From: an uncultured delta proteobacterium
GTDB taxonomy: Bacteria; Myxococcota; Myxococcia; Myxococcales; Anaeromyxobacteraceae
Assembly: GCA_963766715.1 (NCBI GenBank)
Contig: CAVYBH010000001.1
Coordinates: 224,001 to 288,000, forward strand
Direction of reading: 5' to 3'
DNA length: 64,000 nucleotides
The translations under genes and the position numbers were made by a program. Each line of letters starts with the position of its first letter. Position 1 is the first letter of the stretch. Under the pieces are notes generated by a model. The model made no database searches and was not told the DNA's origin. It saw only the letters and a list, made by a program, of their open reading frames with translations. Positions 26,612-38,624 of this stretch are shown piece after piece.

Positions 26612-27502
26612 ATGCCATCCGCACGGAAGGGGATCATCCTGGCCGGGGGGTCGGGAACGCGGCTCTACCCGGCCACGCTGTCGGTCTCGAAGCAGCTGCT
26701 CCCCATCTACGACAAGCCGATGATCTACTACCCGATGTCGGCCCTCATGCTGGCCGGCATCCGGGAGATCCTGGTCATCTCCACGCCCCAGGACACCCCG
26801 CGCTTCGCGCAGCTCCTCGGCGACGGCAGCGCCTGGGGCATGCGCATCGCGTACACGGTCCAGCCCAGCCCGGACGGGCTCGCCCAGGCCTTCATCCTGG
26901 GGGCCGACTTCGTCCGCGGCGGGCCGTCGGCGCTCGTGCTCGGCGACAACATCTTCTACGGCCACGACTTCCACCAGCTGCTCCAGGGCGCCGACGCGCG
27001 GAAGGAAGGGGCGACCGTCTTCGCCTACGCCGTCACCGACCCGGAGCGCTACGGCGTGGTCGAGTTCGACGCCAGGAAGCGGGCCATCTCCATCGAGGAG
27101 AAGCCCCAGAAGCCCAAGTCGCGCTACGCCGTCACCGGCCTCTACTTCTACGACGAGCAGGTGGTCGACTACGCACGCAGCGTGAAGCCGTCGGCCCGCG
27201 GCGAGCTGGAGATCACCGACCTCAACCGCATCTACCTCGAGGCCGGCACGCTCGACGTGGAGATCATGGGGCGCGGCTACGCCTGGCTCGACACCGGCAC
27301 GCACGAGTCGCTGCTCGAGGCCGGCCAGTTCATCTCCACCATCGAGAAGCGGCAGGGGCTCAAGGTGGCCTGCCCGGAGGAGGTGGCCTGGCGCCAGGGC
27401 TGGATCGACGACGCCCAGCTCGCCGCCTGCGCGAAGGCGCTCGGCAAGTCGAGCTACGGCCAGTACCTGCGCGGCCTGCTCGAGCAGAAGGTCTTCACGT
27501 GA
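26612..27502 (+). CDS. rfbA: glucose-1-phosphate thymidylyltransferase
   Basis: [41 protein letters not shown]. Confidence 0.97.
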   Translation: MPSARKGIILAGGSGTRLYPATLSVSKQLLPIYDKPMIYYPMSALMLAGIREILVISTPQDTPRFAQLLGDGSAWGMRIAYTVQPSPDGLAQAFILGADFVRGGPSALVLGDNIFYGHDFHQLLQGADARKEGATVFAYAVTDPERYGVVEFDARKRAISIEEKPQKPKSRYAVTGLYFYDEQVVDYARSVKPSARGELEITDLNRIYLEAGTLDVEIMGRGYAWLDTGTHESLLEAGQFISTIEKRQGLKVACPEEVAWRQGWIDDAQLAACAKALGKSSYGQYLRGLLEQKVFT

Positions 27503-28066
27503 AGATCACCCCCACCTCGATCCCGGACGTCGTGGTGATCGAGCCGCAGGTCTTCGGCGACGCGCGCGGCTTCTTCTTCGAGAGCTTCAACCAGAAGAAG
27601 CTGGAGGCGGCGCTGGGGCGCCCCATGGGCTTCGTGCAGGACAACCACAGCCGCTCGGCCCGCGGCGTGCTGCGCGGGCTGCACTACCAGCTGCCCTTCC
27701 CGCAGGGGAAGCTGGTGCGGGTGATCCAGGGCGAGATCCTGGACGTGGCCGTGGACATCCGGCGCGGGTCCCCCACCTTCGGGAAGTGGGAGAGCGACGT
27801 CCTCACCGCCGAGAACAAGCGGCAGCTCTGGGTGCCGGAAGGCTTCGCCCACGGCTTCCTGGTGCTCTCGGAGGTGGCCGAGGTGCTCTACAAGACCACC
27901 GGCTACTACCACCCGGAGCACGAGCAGTGCATCCGCTGGGACGACCCCGCCATCGGGATCGCCTGGCCGCTCTCCGGCGCGCACGCCGAGGCTCTCGGCG
28001 AAGGACGCGGCGGGGAAGCCGCTCTCGGAAGCCCGCGTCTTCGAACAGGGGGATCTCTCGCGATGA
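27499..28066 (+). CDS. rfbC: dTDP-4-dehydrorhamnose 3,5-epimerase (late frameshift)
   Basis: [34 protein letters not shown]. Confidence 0.95.
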
Positions 28067-29073
28067 ACGTGCTCCTCACCGGCGGTAGCGGCTTCATCGG
28101 CTCCAACCTGGTCCGGCTGCTGCTGGCCGAGCGCCCCGACTGGCGCATCGTCAACCTCGACAAGCTCACCTACGCCGGCAACGCCGAGAACCTGGCCGAC
28201 CTGGCCGGCAACCCGCGCTACCGGTTCGTGCGCGGCGACATCTGCAACGGCGAGCTCATCGCCGACGTCTTCCGCACCGAGAAGATCGAGGCGGTGATGC
28301 ACCTGGCCGCCGAGAGCCACGTCGACCGCTCGATCCTGGCGCCGTCCATCTTCATCGAGACCAACGTGCGCGGCACCCAGGTGCTCCTCGAGGCCGCCCG
28401 CGAGTTCGGCGTGAAGCGCTTCCTGCACGTCTCCACCGACGAGGTCTACGGCTCGCTCGGCCCCACCGGCCTCTTCACCGAGAAGACCCCGCTCGACCCG
28501 TCGTCGCCGTACTCGGCGTCGAAGGCCTCCTCCGACCTGCTGGCGCTGGCCTACGCGCACACCTTCCACCTCCCGGTGGTGGTGACCCGCTGCTCCAACA
28601 ACTACGGCCCGTTCCAGTTCCCGGAGAAGCTCATCCCGCTCATGATCGCGAACGCCATCCGCGACCTGCCGCTGCCGGTGTACGGCGACGGGATGAACGT
28701 GCGCGACTGGATCCACGTCGAGGACCACGGCCGCGGGCTGCTCGCCGCGCTGGAGAAGGGGAAGGACGGCGAGGTCTACAACTTCGGCGCCTCCTCGGAG
28801 CGGCACAACATCGACATCGTGAAGCAGGTGCTGCGGCTGGTGGGCAAGCCCGAGTCGCTCATCCAGTACGTGAAGGACCGGCTCGGCCACGATCGCCGCT
28901 ACGCCATCGACTCGACGAAGGCCCAGGAGAAGCTCTCCTGGGCGCCGCGCCACAAGTTCGAGGACGCGCTCGCCGCCACGGTGCGCTGGTACGTGGAGCA
29001 CCGCCCCTGGTGGGAGCGGATCATCTCGGGCGAGTACCTCAAGTACTACGAGAAGCAGTACGGAGGCCGGTAG
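28063..29073 (+). CDS. rfbB: dTDP-glucose 4,6-dehydratase
   Basis: DKLTYAGN, AAESHVDRSI, STDEVYG, PYSASKA, CSNNYGP, GHDRRY. Confidence 0.97.
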   Translation: MNVLLTGGSGFIGSNLVRLLLAERPDWRIVNLDKLTYAGNAENLADLAGNPRYRFVRGDICNGELIADVFRTEKIEAVMHLAAESHVDRSILAPSIFIETNVRGTQVLLEAAREFGVKRFLHVSTDEVYGSLGPTGLFTEKTPLDPSSPYSASKASSDLLALAYAHTFHLPVVVTRCSNNYGPFQFPEKLIPLMIANAIRDLPLPVYGDGMNVRDWIHVEDHGRGLLAALEKGKDGEVYNFGASSERHNIDIVKQVLRLVGKPESLIQYVKDRLGHDRRYAIDSTKAQEKLSWAPRHKFEDALAATVRWYVEHRPWWERIISGEYLKYYEKQYGGR

Positions 29074-29972
29074 TGAAGGTCGCGGTCACGGGCGCGAACG
29101 GGATGCTGGGCGGCGAGGCGGTGGCCCAGCTGGCCGGCCGCCACGAGGTGCTGGCGCTGGGGCTCGGCCCCGGACGCCCGCCCGAGGGGACCTACCACTG
29201 GGTGGAGGCCGACCTCGGGGACGGACGCTCGGTGGAGGCGGCGCTCCTCGAGTTCGGCGCGCAGGCGGTGCTCCACGCCGGCGCGGTGACCGACGTGGAC
29301 GGCTGCGAGAAGGAGCCGGACGCGGCCTGGCGGGTCAACACCGGCGGCACGCAGCAAGTGGCTCGCGCCTGCCGCGCGCTCGGCGCCCGGCTGGTGGCGG
29401 TCTCCACCGACTACGTCTTCGACGGCGCGTGCGGCCCGTACGGCGAGGACGACCTCCCGAACCCCCGCGGCGTCTACGCCCAGAGCAAGCTGGCCGGGGA
29501 GTGGGCCGCGCTCTCCATCGCCCCCGACAGCGCGGTGGCCCGGGTGGCGGTGGTCTACAGCGGGCGGTCCACGGCGCGTCCGACCTTCGCCACCCAGGTG
29601 GTCGACAAGCTCCGCCGCGGCGAGGTCGTGAAGGCCTTCGACGACCAGTTCACCTCCACGACGCTGGCGGCGAGCGGCGCGGCCATGTGCCTGGAGCTGC
29701 TCCTCGAGCACGCCTACCGGGGCGTGCTCCACGTGAGCGACGAGACGGTGCTCGACCGGGTGGAGTTCGCCCGGAAGGTGGCGGCCCGCTTCGGCCTCCA
29801 GGGCGAGATCGTCCCGGTGAAGACCGCCGACGTGAAGCTGCTCGCCCCCCGGCCGTTGCGGGGTGGACTGCGGGTGGACCGGGCCGCCGCGATGCTCCGG
29901 AACAAGCCCCTGGCGGTCGACGCCGCCCTGGACCGGTTCCACGAGGAGTGGACGCGACGCAACCCCCCGTGA
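29073..29972 (+). CDS. rfbD: dTDP-4-dehydrorhamnose reductase
   Basis: VTGANGMLG, TDVDGCE, STDYVFDG, YAQSKLAGE. Confidence 0.9.
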   Translation: MKVAVTGANGMLGGEAVAQLAGRHEVLALGLGPGRPPEGTYHWVEADLGDGRSVEAALLEFGAQAVLHAGAVTDVDGCEKEPDAAWRVNTGGTQQVARACRALGARLVAVSTDYVFDGACGPYGEDDLPNPRGVYAQSKLAGEWAALSIAPDSAVARVAVVYSGRSTARPTFATQVVDKLRRGEVVKAFDDQFTSTTLAASGAAMCLELLLEHAYRGVLHVSDETVLDRVEFARKVAARFGLQGEIVPVKTADVKLLAPRPLRGGLRVDRAAAMLRNKPLAVDAALDRFHEEWTRRNPP

Positions 29973-29989
29973 CGTGGTAGGAAAAGCGG

Positions 29990-31755
29990 ATGCTGCGCTC
30001 GCCACGACTCCCGTTCACGCGGGCCCTCGCCCTCTTCCTCTGCGCCCAGCCCGTCCTCTGGATGAGCAACGTGGCGCTCGCGCAGACGCTCGATCAGCAG
30101 GCAGGCGGCGCAGCAGGCCGAGCAGCAGCGTGCGGCAGGGGCAGCAGGTCCAGCCGCTGCCGGGCGAGCCGCAGCAGCCACGGGCCCGCTGGCGCCGGGC
30201 AGCCGGGGCTCCGGGCTGCCAGGAGGCGGGCGCATTCCCCGCAGGGCCGCCGGGCACCCCGGCGCCCTTCTCGGCCACGCCGGGCGAGGCGGAGGGCGCC
30301 CGCGCCGACCGCCAGGCCGCCCCGTCCTGCACGGGCGACGCCGGTGGACGAGCCGCTCGACCCCGACCGCTACGTGCTCGGGTCCGGGCGACGTGCTGGA
30401 GCTCCACTTCTGGGGCGTCGAGAACTTCCGGTTCCGCGTGACGGTCGACCTGGAGGGGCGCGCCTTCGTGCCCAAGGTCGGCTACCTCGTCGCTGCGCGG
30501 GAAGACGCTCACCGAGGCGCAGGGCATGCTGGAGAAGGCCGTGGCCCGCTTCTATCCCGAAGCTGGGCTTCGGGGTGAACCTGGCCGAGCCGCGCACCTT
30601 CCTCGTGCAGGTGGTCGACGACGTGGTCCGCCCGGGCCGCAGCAGGCCAAGGCCCTCGACCGCGTGGCCACGGTGATCCGCCGGGCCGGCGGGCTGGGGC
30701 CCAACGCCTCGCAGCGGCGCATCGAGGTGAAGCGGCGCGACGGGACGGTGCTCACCGCCGACCTGCTCCTCTACGCCCTCACCGGCGACGTGAAGCACAA
30801 CCCGTACGTCCTCGACGGCGACGTGTCCGCGTGCCGTTCCAGACGGTCGTCGCGACCATCTGCCGGCGCCGTGAACCGGCCGGGCAGCTACGAGCTGGTC
30901 GGCACCGCCGACCTCGCGGAGCTGGTGAGCCTGGCCGGCGGGCTCTCCCCGGGCGCCACCCGCGACCTGCCCGTCACGGTCGTCCGGCGGGTCCGGGAGG
31001 GCAAGCTCTCGCGGTCCACGTACGACTTCGCCGCCGACGGGCAGCTCCCGCCGGTCGCCGCTCTCGAGCGAGGACAGCGTCTGGGTGCCGTCCTTCTCCG
31101 AGCTGCAGCAGTCGGTCACCATCACCGGCGCGCTCGCCGGCGTCGGCCGCCAGCGGCACCGCGGGACGACACGACGGCACCGGGACCGCGGCCGCCGGAC
31201 GCGGGACGGTGGCCCGCGACGAGGCCGCGGCGACGCGCCGGCTCGCCTTCGCGCAGGGCGACACGGTCCGCTCGATCCTGGAGCGGGCCGGGGGCCCCGG
31301 GCCGCTCGCCGACCTCAAGGGCTCCTACATCCTCCGCGACATGCGTGGCCGTGCCCGTCGACCTCTACGCGGTGGTGATGCTCCGCGACCTCAGCGCCGA
31401 CCGCCCGGTCGAGCTCGGCGACACCATCGTCGTGCCCTTCCGCCGGCAGAGCGTGCTGGTCGAGGGCGCCGTCTTCAGGCCCGGCCCCTATCCCTACAAC
31501 CCGACTACGGCGTGGAGCAGTACGTGGCGCTGGCCGGCGGCCTGAACCGCTTCGCGCAGGCGATGGACGACGTCTACGTGGTCACGCCGAACGGCGAGAT
31601 GAAGGAGTTCGCCCCGGATCTGAAGATCGATCCCGGCGCGTCGCTGGTCGTGCCCGAGCGCAACTTCTCCCGCAGCGAGGTCGTGTCCCTCATCCTGGCC
31701 GGGCGCCGGGCTGCTCCTCAGCGCGGCCACCATCTTCATCTCCCTGCGCAAATGA
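29990..31755 (+). CDS. polysaccharide export OPX protein with multiple SLBB domains (many frameshifts)
   Basis: Signal peptide, Y.LG.GD.LEL.FWG Poly_export motif, GAVNRPG and EGAVFRPG SLBB repeats, C-terminal amphipathic helix. Confidence 0.75.
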
Positions 31756-32879
31756 CCAGGACCTTCCGTACACCTCGATCTCCCCTTCCTGCGGCGACGC
31801 GAGGTGCAGGTGCGCGTCGCCGTCACGTCGTCTTCGCGCTGGCGGGCTTCGTCTACGGCGCGTTCGCGCCAAGAGTACCGGCCGACGCTGACCGTCGTGC
31901 CGGTCGGCGCCCAGAAGCTGGGCATCGCCAGCCTGCTCGGGGCGGAGATCGGCGGGATCGCCGCCGGATGGCGGCCTCGGCGGCGGGCGCCGACGCCGCG
32001 CGCATCGTGGCCGTCCTCCAGAGCACCTCGGTGACCGACGCGGCCATCGAGAAGTACGACCTCAAGAAGCGCTCCGGCCAGGAGGTCCGGGAGCGGCGCG
32101 CGAAGGGTTCTGGCGCCGCTGCAGCGTGAAGATCCTCCCCAAGCCCAACCTGGTCCAGGTGTCCTGCGAGGACGGGGATCCGGCGTTCGCCCAGCGATGC
32201 TGGTCACGCCTGGCCGAGCACGGGAACCAGTCTTCCGCCGCGTGAGCCGGCGCCTCCGAGGAGAGGTGCGCTTCCTCGAGCGGCGCGGCCGAGCTCCGCC
32301 AGCAGGCCGACGAGGGGCGGCCCGAAGATGAGGGAGTTCCAGGAGACCCACCGGATCGTCGACCTGGACGCCCAGGCCCGGGCGGTCGTTCGCAGGTGGC
32401 CGCCCTCACGGCCAGCGCATCGCAAGCAGATGGAGCTCGACTACGCGCGGACCTACGCGTCCCCGGACGAGCCCACCACGAGGCAGCTCGAGTCGCAGCT
32501 GTCGGTGATGGACGAGAAGCTCCGCGACCTGGAGGAGCCCGCCGCGCAAAGGCCGGGCTCCCGGGCCGCGGCGGGGCGGGCCCGGGGCGACCGGCGCGGG
32601 ATGTTCCCGGCCGCCCTCGCGGTGCCCAGGCTCCGCGCCGAGTACGAGAAGCTCTACCGGGACCGGAAGGTGGCCGAGGCCACGCTGGTCTACGCCCTCG
32701 AGCGGCTCGAGGGCGCCCGGGCCACCGAGGCGCGGGACGTCTCCACCTTCCAGGTGCTCGACCCCCCCACGCTGCCGGAGCGCCATTCGTCGCCGCAGCG
32801 CGGGCTGCTCGTCATTCAGCTGGCGATGCTGGGTTTCGTCGGCGGAATCGCTTTCGAGTGGTTCCGGCGTCGCAAGTGA
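31752..32879 (+). CDS. polysaccharide co-polymerase (Wzz/KpsE-like, no kinase domain; frameshifted)
   Basis: N- and C-terminal TM segments, coiled coil, QVLDPPTLPE..S.P.R motif. Confidence 0.7.
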
Positions 32880-32983
32880 CGGAAAGCGGTCCCGGAAGGC
32901 GCGCCGGACGAGCGACGGGACCGGCGCCCGATGGCGGCTCGCGGCGTCGAAGTCATGAGCACGTTCGGACGGGGAGATCACCA

Positions 32984-33691
32984 ATGCTCGCAAGGCTGAG
33001 GAACCGTCTTCGGCAGCGCCTGAATAATCAATCGGCCCGTGACGTTTTCGTTCACGAGCAGATCTCCCGGCTCCCGGCCGGAACCAAGCTGCTGGATGCC
33101 GGGTGCGGGAGCCAGCGCTACCGCGCCAGGTGCGCCCATCTCGACTACCGCGCCCAGGATTTTGGCGGGTACGTGCGGGACGACAAGCCGATGATCGGAG
33201 CAGCCGCCGAGGGTGATTATCCGTACGGCCCGCTCGACTACGTCGGGAACATCTGGGCCGTCGACGAGCGCGACGCGACGTTCGATGCCGTGCTGTGCAC
33301 CGAGGTCTTCGAGCACATCCCGTATCCGGCGGAGACGTTGAGAGAATTCCGTCGTCTGCTCAAGCCCGGCGGGGTGCTGATTCTCACGGCGCCGAGCAAC
33401 TGCCTGCGGCACTTCGACCCCTTCTTCTTCTTCAGTGGCTTCAGCGATCGGTGGTTCGAGCGGTTCCTTCCTGAAGCCGGCTTCACGGTCGAGAGCCTCG
33501 AGCCAGTCGGTGACTATTACAGCTGGATGGCGGTGGAACTGGCGCGGACCGCCGCCACACACTCCCTCGCGGCAAAACTGGCGGTGCTCCCCGGATTCCT
33601 CTACTACGCCGCGAAGGGAAGGACCGACGTGTCCGTCAACTCGCTCTGCATGGGTTACCACGTCGTCGCACGTGGCACGGGCGGTGCGTGA
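32984..33691 (+). CDS. class I SAM-dependent methyltransferase
   Basis: LLDAGCG, FDAVLCTEVFEHIP, LLKPGG. Confidence 0.88.
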   Translation: MLARLRNRLRQRLNNQSARDVFVHEQISRLPAGTKLLDAGCGSQRYRARCAHLDYRAQDFGGYVRDDKPMIGAAAEGDYPYGPLDYVGNIWAVDERDATFDAVLCTEVFEHIPYPAETLREFRRLLKPGGVLILTAPSNCLRHFDPFFFFSGFSDRWFERFLPEAGFTVESLEPVGDYYSWMAVELARTAATHSLAAKLAVLPGFLYYAAKGRTDVSVNSLCMGYHVVARGTGGA

Positions 33692-33798
33692 CAGCGAGCA
33701 CTCGAGCCGGTCACCCAGGCGGACCCGCCAGGCGTCGCGCCCCGCGCGACCTGGTGCACGGGCATGCGGTCGACGGTCGGGCGCCGCAATGCTGTCGC

Positions 33799-35090
33799 TC
33801 ATGGAGAGCGAAGCGGCACGAGGCCAGGTCGCCTGGAAAGCGCGGCCATCCAGGCCAGGTACACCGCGGCGGCGATTCCAGCCGCGGCGACGAGGCCCGT
33901 CGTCCCTAGCCAGTAGGCCCCGCCGACGTTCAGCAGGACTCCCAGGAGTGCCGTGATGACCTTCGGCGCGATCAAGGCCCTGGTCTTCATCTGGCTCATC
34001 AGGCTGAGCGACATCGCCTGGCCCGCAGCGAATGCCCCTCCGGCGAGCATCATCCAGGGCAAGAGGTGGGACACGGATCGGTATCTCGGCGCGACGAGCA
34101 GGCGGAACACCTGCGCATGAAAGAGGAGCGCAAGGCATACGGCCACGGCGGTGGTGCCCAGGGCGAGCCCACTCATCTGCCAGCTCAGCCTGTGGACGTT
34201 GGTCGTACGGTCGACGTCCGTGCCATCTCCCGCCCTCTGGAAGAAGATGGGGGCCAGGAACTGGGTCGCCATCCCGGTGGCGAGAGAGATGGGGTAGTAC
34301 CCCAGCTGGTAGAGCACAGCGAAGCGTCCCACCTCTTCCGCGTTCGAGAAGGCCTCCAGCGCCCAGCGATCGGAGGCCAACTGCAGCCACGTGAAGAGCC
34401 CCCACGCGGCAAACGGCCAAGAATACCGGAAGATTCCCATTGCCATCGTTCCTCGTCGCTCCGCGAGGACCGGGGCCGAGGGACGATTCGCCTGAAGAAG
34501 ACGAACTGGGACGCAAGCACGGGGACGACTCCCAGTGCGTAACCCACCATCGCCGTGGTGCTGGCGCCCCCGACGAACGTGACCAGTGCCGCCGCGAGCA
34601 GGAACCGGGCCCAGGGCTCGACCGCCTGATGCAGGGCCACGATGGAACGCTGGCGGGCAGCCATCTGGACGCTGCTGAGGACCGAGTTGCTGCCGCTGAC
34701 GAGCGCGAAGAGAAAGGCCGCGGCGGCGAGTCCCGTCCACCCGGATCGCCCGGCGGCATGCAGGCATACGACGGTGCCAAGGATTGCCAGGGCGATGAGG
34801 CCGGTCTCCCACATCATCAGGCGCCGGACCCCACCGAGATAGCTACCGAGTTGCCCCTTCTCCACTGCGGGCGCGTAGAAGCGCGCGACCCCGTTGCTCA
34901 GCGGTCCGACCAGTGTCTGGCCCACGAGCGCGGGAATCGTCAAGGCCAGAGCAAGTTCACCGTAAGCGGATGGCTCGAGGAGCGTCGTCATGAGGCGGAC
35001 ACCGACGAACGAGCCCACCACGACCGCGACCTGGCTGGAAACAATCCACAGGGCCTCCCTAGAGAGGCGACGGAAGCGTTCCGATCTCAT
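33799..35090 (-). CDS. wzx: Wzx-type oligosaccharide flippase (one frameshift near 34480)
   Basis: Multi-TM protein; L.PSAYG, YSWPF, SDRWAL, VGRFAVLYQLG motifs of the MOP/polysaccharide transporter family. Confidence 0.8.
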
Positions 35091-35172
35091 GACAGGGGGT
35101 GAGGGCTCATGGGGAAGGCCGTGGCGACACTACCATTCCAGGTGGTAGGGTGCGTGCGTCGAGACCCAGTTC

Positions 35173-36219
35173 ATGAACGACGACGCCCTGTTGACCATCG
35201 CCATCCCGACGCGAAACCGCTGCGAGGCCCTGGGCAGGGTACTCGCCGAGACGTGCGAGCGGATTGGCGAGGAGGCCGTCCAGGGGAAGGTCCGGGTGCT
35301 GGTCTTCGACGACTGCTCGACGGATGAAACGGAAGCGCGCATCGGGCCCCTGGCGCGCCAGCATGGGATGGTGGAATACGTCCGCAGCGACGCGCGGGTC
35401 GGCTACGACGTGGGATTGCTGCGCTGCCTGCAGCTGGCTTCCACCAAGTACGTCTGGACGATGAATGATCACAGTTCCATCCTCCCCGGCGTCCTGCCCG
35501 CGATCTTGCGGGAGCTGAGCGACGATCTCCTGTACGTCTACGCGCCGCAGAAGGGAGAGCTGGGGATGTCCCAGGGGGTGCATTCCGTCTCGAGGGAAGC
35601 CCTTGGGTTCGTCAACATGTCCATCAACACGAACATCTACAACAGGGCACGGCTCATCCCCTACTATCAAAAGCACCTGCCGGCCTACGACGGGTCCTGG
35701 CTGGTCTTCCACGTGGCGAACCTGGACCTCCTGTACGAGACCCCGCAGCCGGAGGTTCGCCTCCTGCCCTTCGAATGCAGCGAGTACGGAAGGCACATGG
35801 GCAAGGAGCGGGCGAGGAACAGCTGGAGCACCAACCGCGAGCAGTACGTGCGGACCGGCTACCTCGGGGCGAAAATCCTGGCGGAGATGAAGACGAGGCA
35901 TTCCATCAGCGACGAGGTGTACGAGCGCGTCTTCGATCGCCGGGACTGGGGGCTCGACGCCTGCATCGCGCACTATCGTCTCAGGACACGAGACACGTCC
36001 GGCAGGCGATTCGATTCCGGCGTGATCGAGGCGGTGGCGACGCACCCCACGTACAATCCGGTGGAGCGATCGCTGATTCGAGGCTGCCTCGGCGGGCCGA
36101 GCTGGCAGATCCCTTGCTACGCCGTGGCACTGGCGGCCTACACGCTACTCGCCGACCCCCGGCGGGTGGTAGGCGCCCTGCGGCGCCTCGCCGCCCCACG
36201 GCCGGCTGCGAAGGCATGA
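35173..36219 (+). CDS. glycosyltransferase family 2
   Basis: LTIAIPTRNR, VFDDCSTD. Confidence 0.8.
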   Translation: MNDDALLTIAIPTRNRCEALGRVLAETCERIGEEAVQGKVRVLVFDDCSTDETEARIGPLARQHGMVEYVRSDARVGYDVGLLRCLQLASTKYVWTMNDHSSILPGVLPAILRELSDDLLYVYAPQKGELGMSQGVHSVSREALGFVNMSINTNIYNRARLIPYYQKHLPAYDGSWLVFHVANLDLLYETPQPEVRLLPFECSEYGRHMGKERARNSWSTNREQYVRTGYLGAKILAEMKTRHSISDEVYERVFDRRDWGLDACIAHYRLRTRDTSGRRFDSGVIEAVATHPTYNPVERSLIRGCLGGPSWQIPCYAVALAAYTLLADPRRVVGALRRLAAPRPAAKA

Positions 36220-36271
36220 CGGAGGCGGGTCGCCGCGTTTCGCCTCCCGGAGACGATCGAGCGCTTCCCCG

Positions 36272-37652
36272 ATGATCGAATACCTCTTCACCTCCTGTGC
36301 ACTGATCCTGCTGAGCACCGCCATGCTGGGTGTGGCCTACCTCGCCTGGCAGGACGCGAGGTCCACGTTCCCGGTGCCGGTCGTGGCGGATCTCGTCTTC
36401 TACTTCGTCTTCACGAAGATCGCGCTCTACTACCTGCTCCCGGGGGCGATGCGGATTGGAAGCAACTTCCAGTTCGAGCGCGAGGACGGCGTCGCCCTCC
36501 TCGATGTCGCGAGGGTGTACCTCATCGAGCTGCGTGTCCTGGGCCGTCTGGGCGATCGTGTTGACCCGGATGTTCGCCATCCTCGGCAAGCAAAGGCCGA
36601 AGCTGCCCCTGGAGGAGTTCTTGCGCTTCCGGAAGGGAGAAACGAAGGCGCTCGCCCTCGTGATCGCGTGCGGATTCATCTTGAACCAGTTCTACCTGGT
36701 CACGCTTACGGAACCCGGAATGCTGTTCGCAGCCTTTCAGCCGCTCTTCTTCTACGCGGGCCTGGCGACGGGCCCGTTCCTGATGGTCCTGTCGCTCCGG
36801 TACTACGGCAAGGCCTACTTCGCGGCTGGCCTGTTCGCCTCCATGTTCAGCCTGGTCTCGCTGTCGACCCGCGGGGCAATCGTCTACCTGCTCCTGCTGT
36901 GCCTCTTTCTGGTCTGGGTCGTCCTGCGGGACCGGAGGTCGAAGGTCATCGTGGTCGGGGCAGCAGGTGGCCTTGCGCTGGGATACTTCGCACTCGGCGG
37001 TCTGGTCTCCGGATTGGTGGTCGTCGACGATTCGGGCAGCATGGCCATCGACGCCGGCGTGGGGGTGGACAAGAGCGGTACCCGCACCGCGCTCGAGGAG
37101 ATCGAGTGGCGGTTCGGTGCCTCCACCCGAATCGGCACCGCCTTCCTCGGACTTCACGACCGGGGAGAGGCGGCGGGCATCAATCCAATCAAGCACTCGC
37201 TCATGGGATTCCTGCCCCGATCGATCGCTCCGGACAAGCCCATTCCCAGCACGCTGGATCCGGATGACATCTACTCGATGGGAATGTACGTCATCTCCCG
37301 GGAGATCTACGGATACGACACCTTCTCGATGGTCGAGTTCCCCACGGGCGCACACTTCTACTGGGAATTCGGGGTGCTGGGCGTGATCCTGCTGAGTGCC
37401 GTGTCCGGGCTGTACGTCGCCGTCTGCGCGCAGGCGTTCTCGAAGCTCGGGATGATTGCCCTTCCGCTCCTGGTGGCGATCTTCAAGCCGTGGGGATATG
37501 TGGATCCCAAGATCTGGGTCTCCGACATTGCGCTGCAGCTCTACCAGGTCATCTTGCCGCTCATTCTCCTGCTGCTCATCACGGGGGCCGTGCGATACGT
37601 GGCGAAGAACGTGAGAGTGACGTTCAACGGCGACGCGGGTGCGCTGAAGTGA
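36272..37652 (+). CDS. putative Wzy O-antigen/capsule polymerase (one frameshift near 36530)
   Basis: About 10-11 TM segments, STRG motif, periplasmic loop FLPRSIAPDKP, YWEFG..G. Confidence 0.6.
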
Positions 37653-38620
37653 GTCGGCAAGAGGTCGTCGTGCGAATCGCTGGAGGGCTGGGGAACCAGC
37701 TCTTCCAGTACGCGATGGGGCGCGCCCTCTCGATTCGAACTGGGATCCCGCTGGTCCTGGACCACCTGTCGGGATTTCCGCGCGACATCTTCAGGCGAAC
37801 GTTCCTCCTCGACAGGTTCCAGGTGCAGTGCGATTACGTGCCGGCCTCCGCGAGCTTCGCGACGCTATCGGGAAGGCTGCGACGCCGCGCGCGCCTGCTG
37901 GCGAACCGGGCACTCCCGCTGGACCGGAGGACCTACCTGCTGGAGCCGGACAGCCTGCGGATGTATCCGGAGATTGCAGCCTTGCGGCCAGGGCGAACCG
38001 TGTACCTCGAGGGGTACTGGCAGTTCGAGGACTACTTCCGGGATGTCGCGCCGCAGATCAGGAAGGACGTCAGGCTGCGCGTCGAGCACGACCCCTTGAA
38101 CGTCGAGTGGGCCAGCCGGATCAGGGACGTGAACGCCGTTTGCCTGCACGTTCGACGACTGCGTGGCGTCCCGAGGGTCCAGGCGCATCCCCTGGCGGAG
38201 AGCAGCCCCGAGTTGCGCGTGGACGATTCCTATTACCAGAGGGCGCTCCAAAGGATTGCGGAACGAGTCGAGAAGCCGCACTTCTTCGTGTTCGCGGACC
38301 ATCCGGACTGGGCCCGAGACAACATCCGTTCCCCATTTCCCCTGGAGTTCGTCACGCACAACGGAGCGGCCAAGGACTACGAGGACCTCTGGCTGATGAG
38401 CCAGTGCAGGCACTTCATCATCGCAAACAGCTCCTTCAGCTGGTGGGGAGCCTGGCTCGGGGAGCACCCCGGCAAGGTGGTCGTGGCGCCGAGGAACGTG
38501 GTGGGGCTGACGAGCGTGCCGAGTGAGTGGGAATCGATCTCAGGAGCGCGGACCGGACGCCAGGTCACGCGAGCGTGTCGCCCGGGAGGCGACGGGGCTG
38601 CTCACCGGAGGGGAGGATGA
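37649..38620 (+). CDS. alpha-1,2-fucosyltransferase (GT11)
   Basis: GGLGNQLFQYA, YLEGYWQ, LHVRR, CRHFIIANSSFSWWGAWL. Confidence 0.92.
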   Translation: MSRQEVVVRIAGGLGNQLFQYAMGRALSIRTGIPLVLDHLSGFPRDIFRRTFLLDRFQVQCDYVPASASFATLSGRLRRRARLLANRALPLDRRTYLLEPDSLRMYPEIAALRPGRTVYLEGYWQFEDYFRDVAPQIRKDVRLRVEHDPLNVEWASRIRDVNAVCLHVRRLRGVPRVQAHPLAESSPELRVDDSYYQRALQRIAERVEKPHFFVFADHPDWARDNIRSPFPLEFVTHNGAAKDYEDLWLMSQCRHFIIANSSFSWWGAWLGEHPGKVVVAPRNVVGLTSVPSEWESISGARTGRQVTRACRPGGDGAAHRRGG

Positions 38621-38624
38621 AATC

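Noticed and set aside
28081..28090. GGCGGTAG ops/JUMPstart-like sequence
   Set aside because: It lies inside rfbB, encoding GGS of the Rossmann motif, not in a leader.
30100..30200. CAG/GCA-rich repeats in the OPX N-terminus as a CRISPR or contingency repeat
   Set aside because: They encode a low-complexity Gln/Ala/Pro linker, with no regular repeat-spacer structure.
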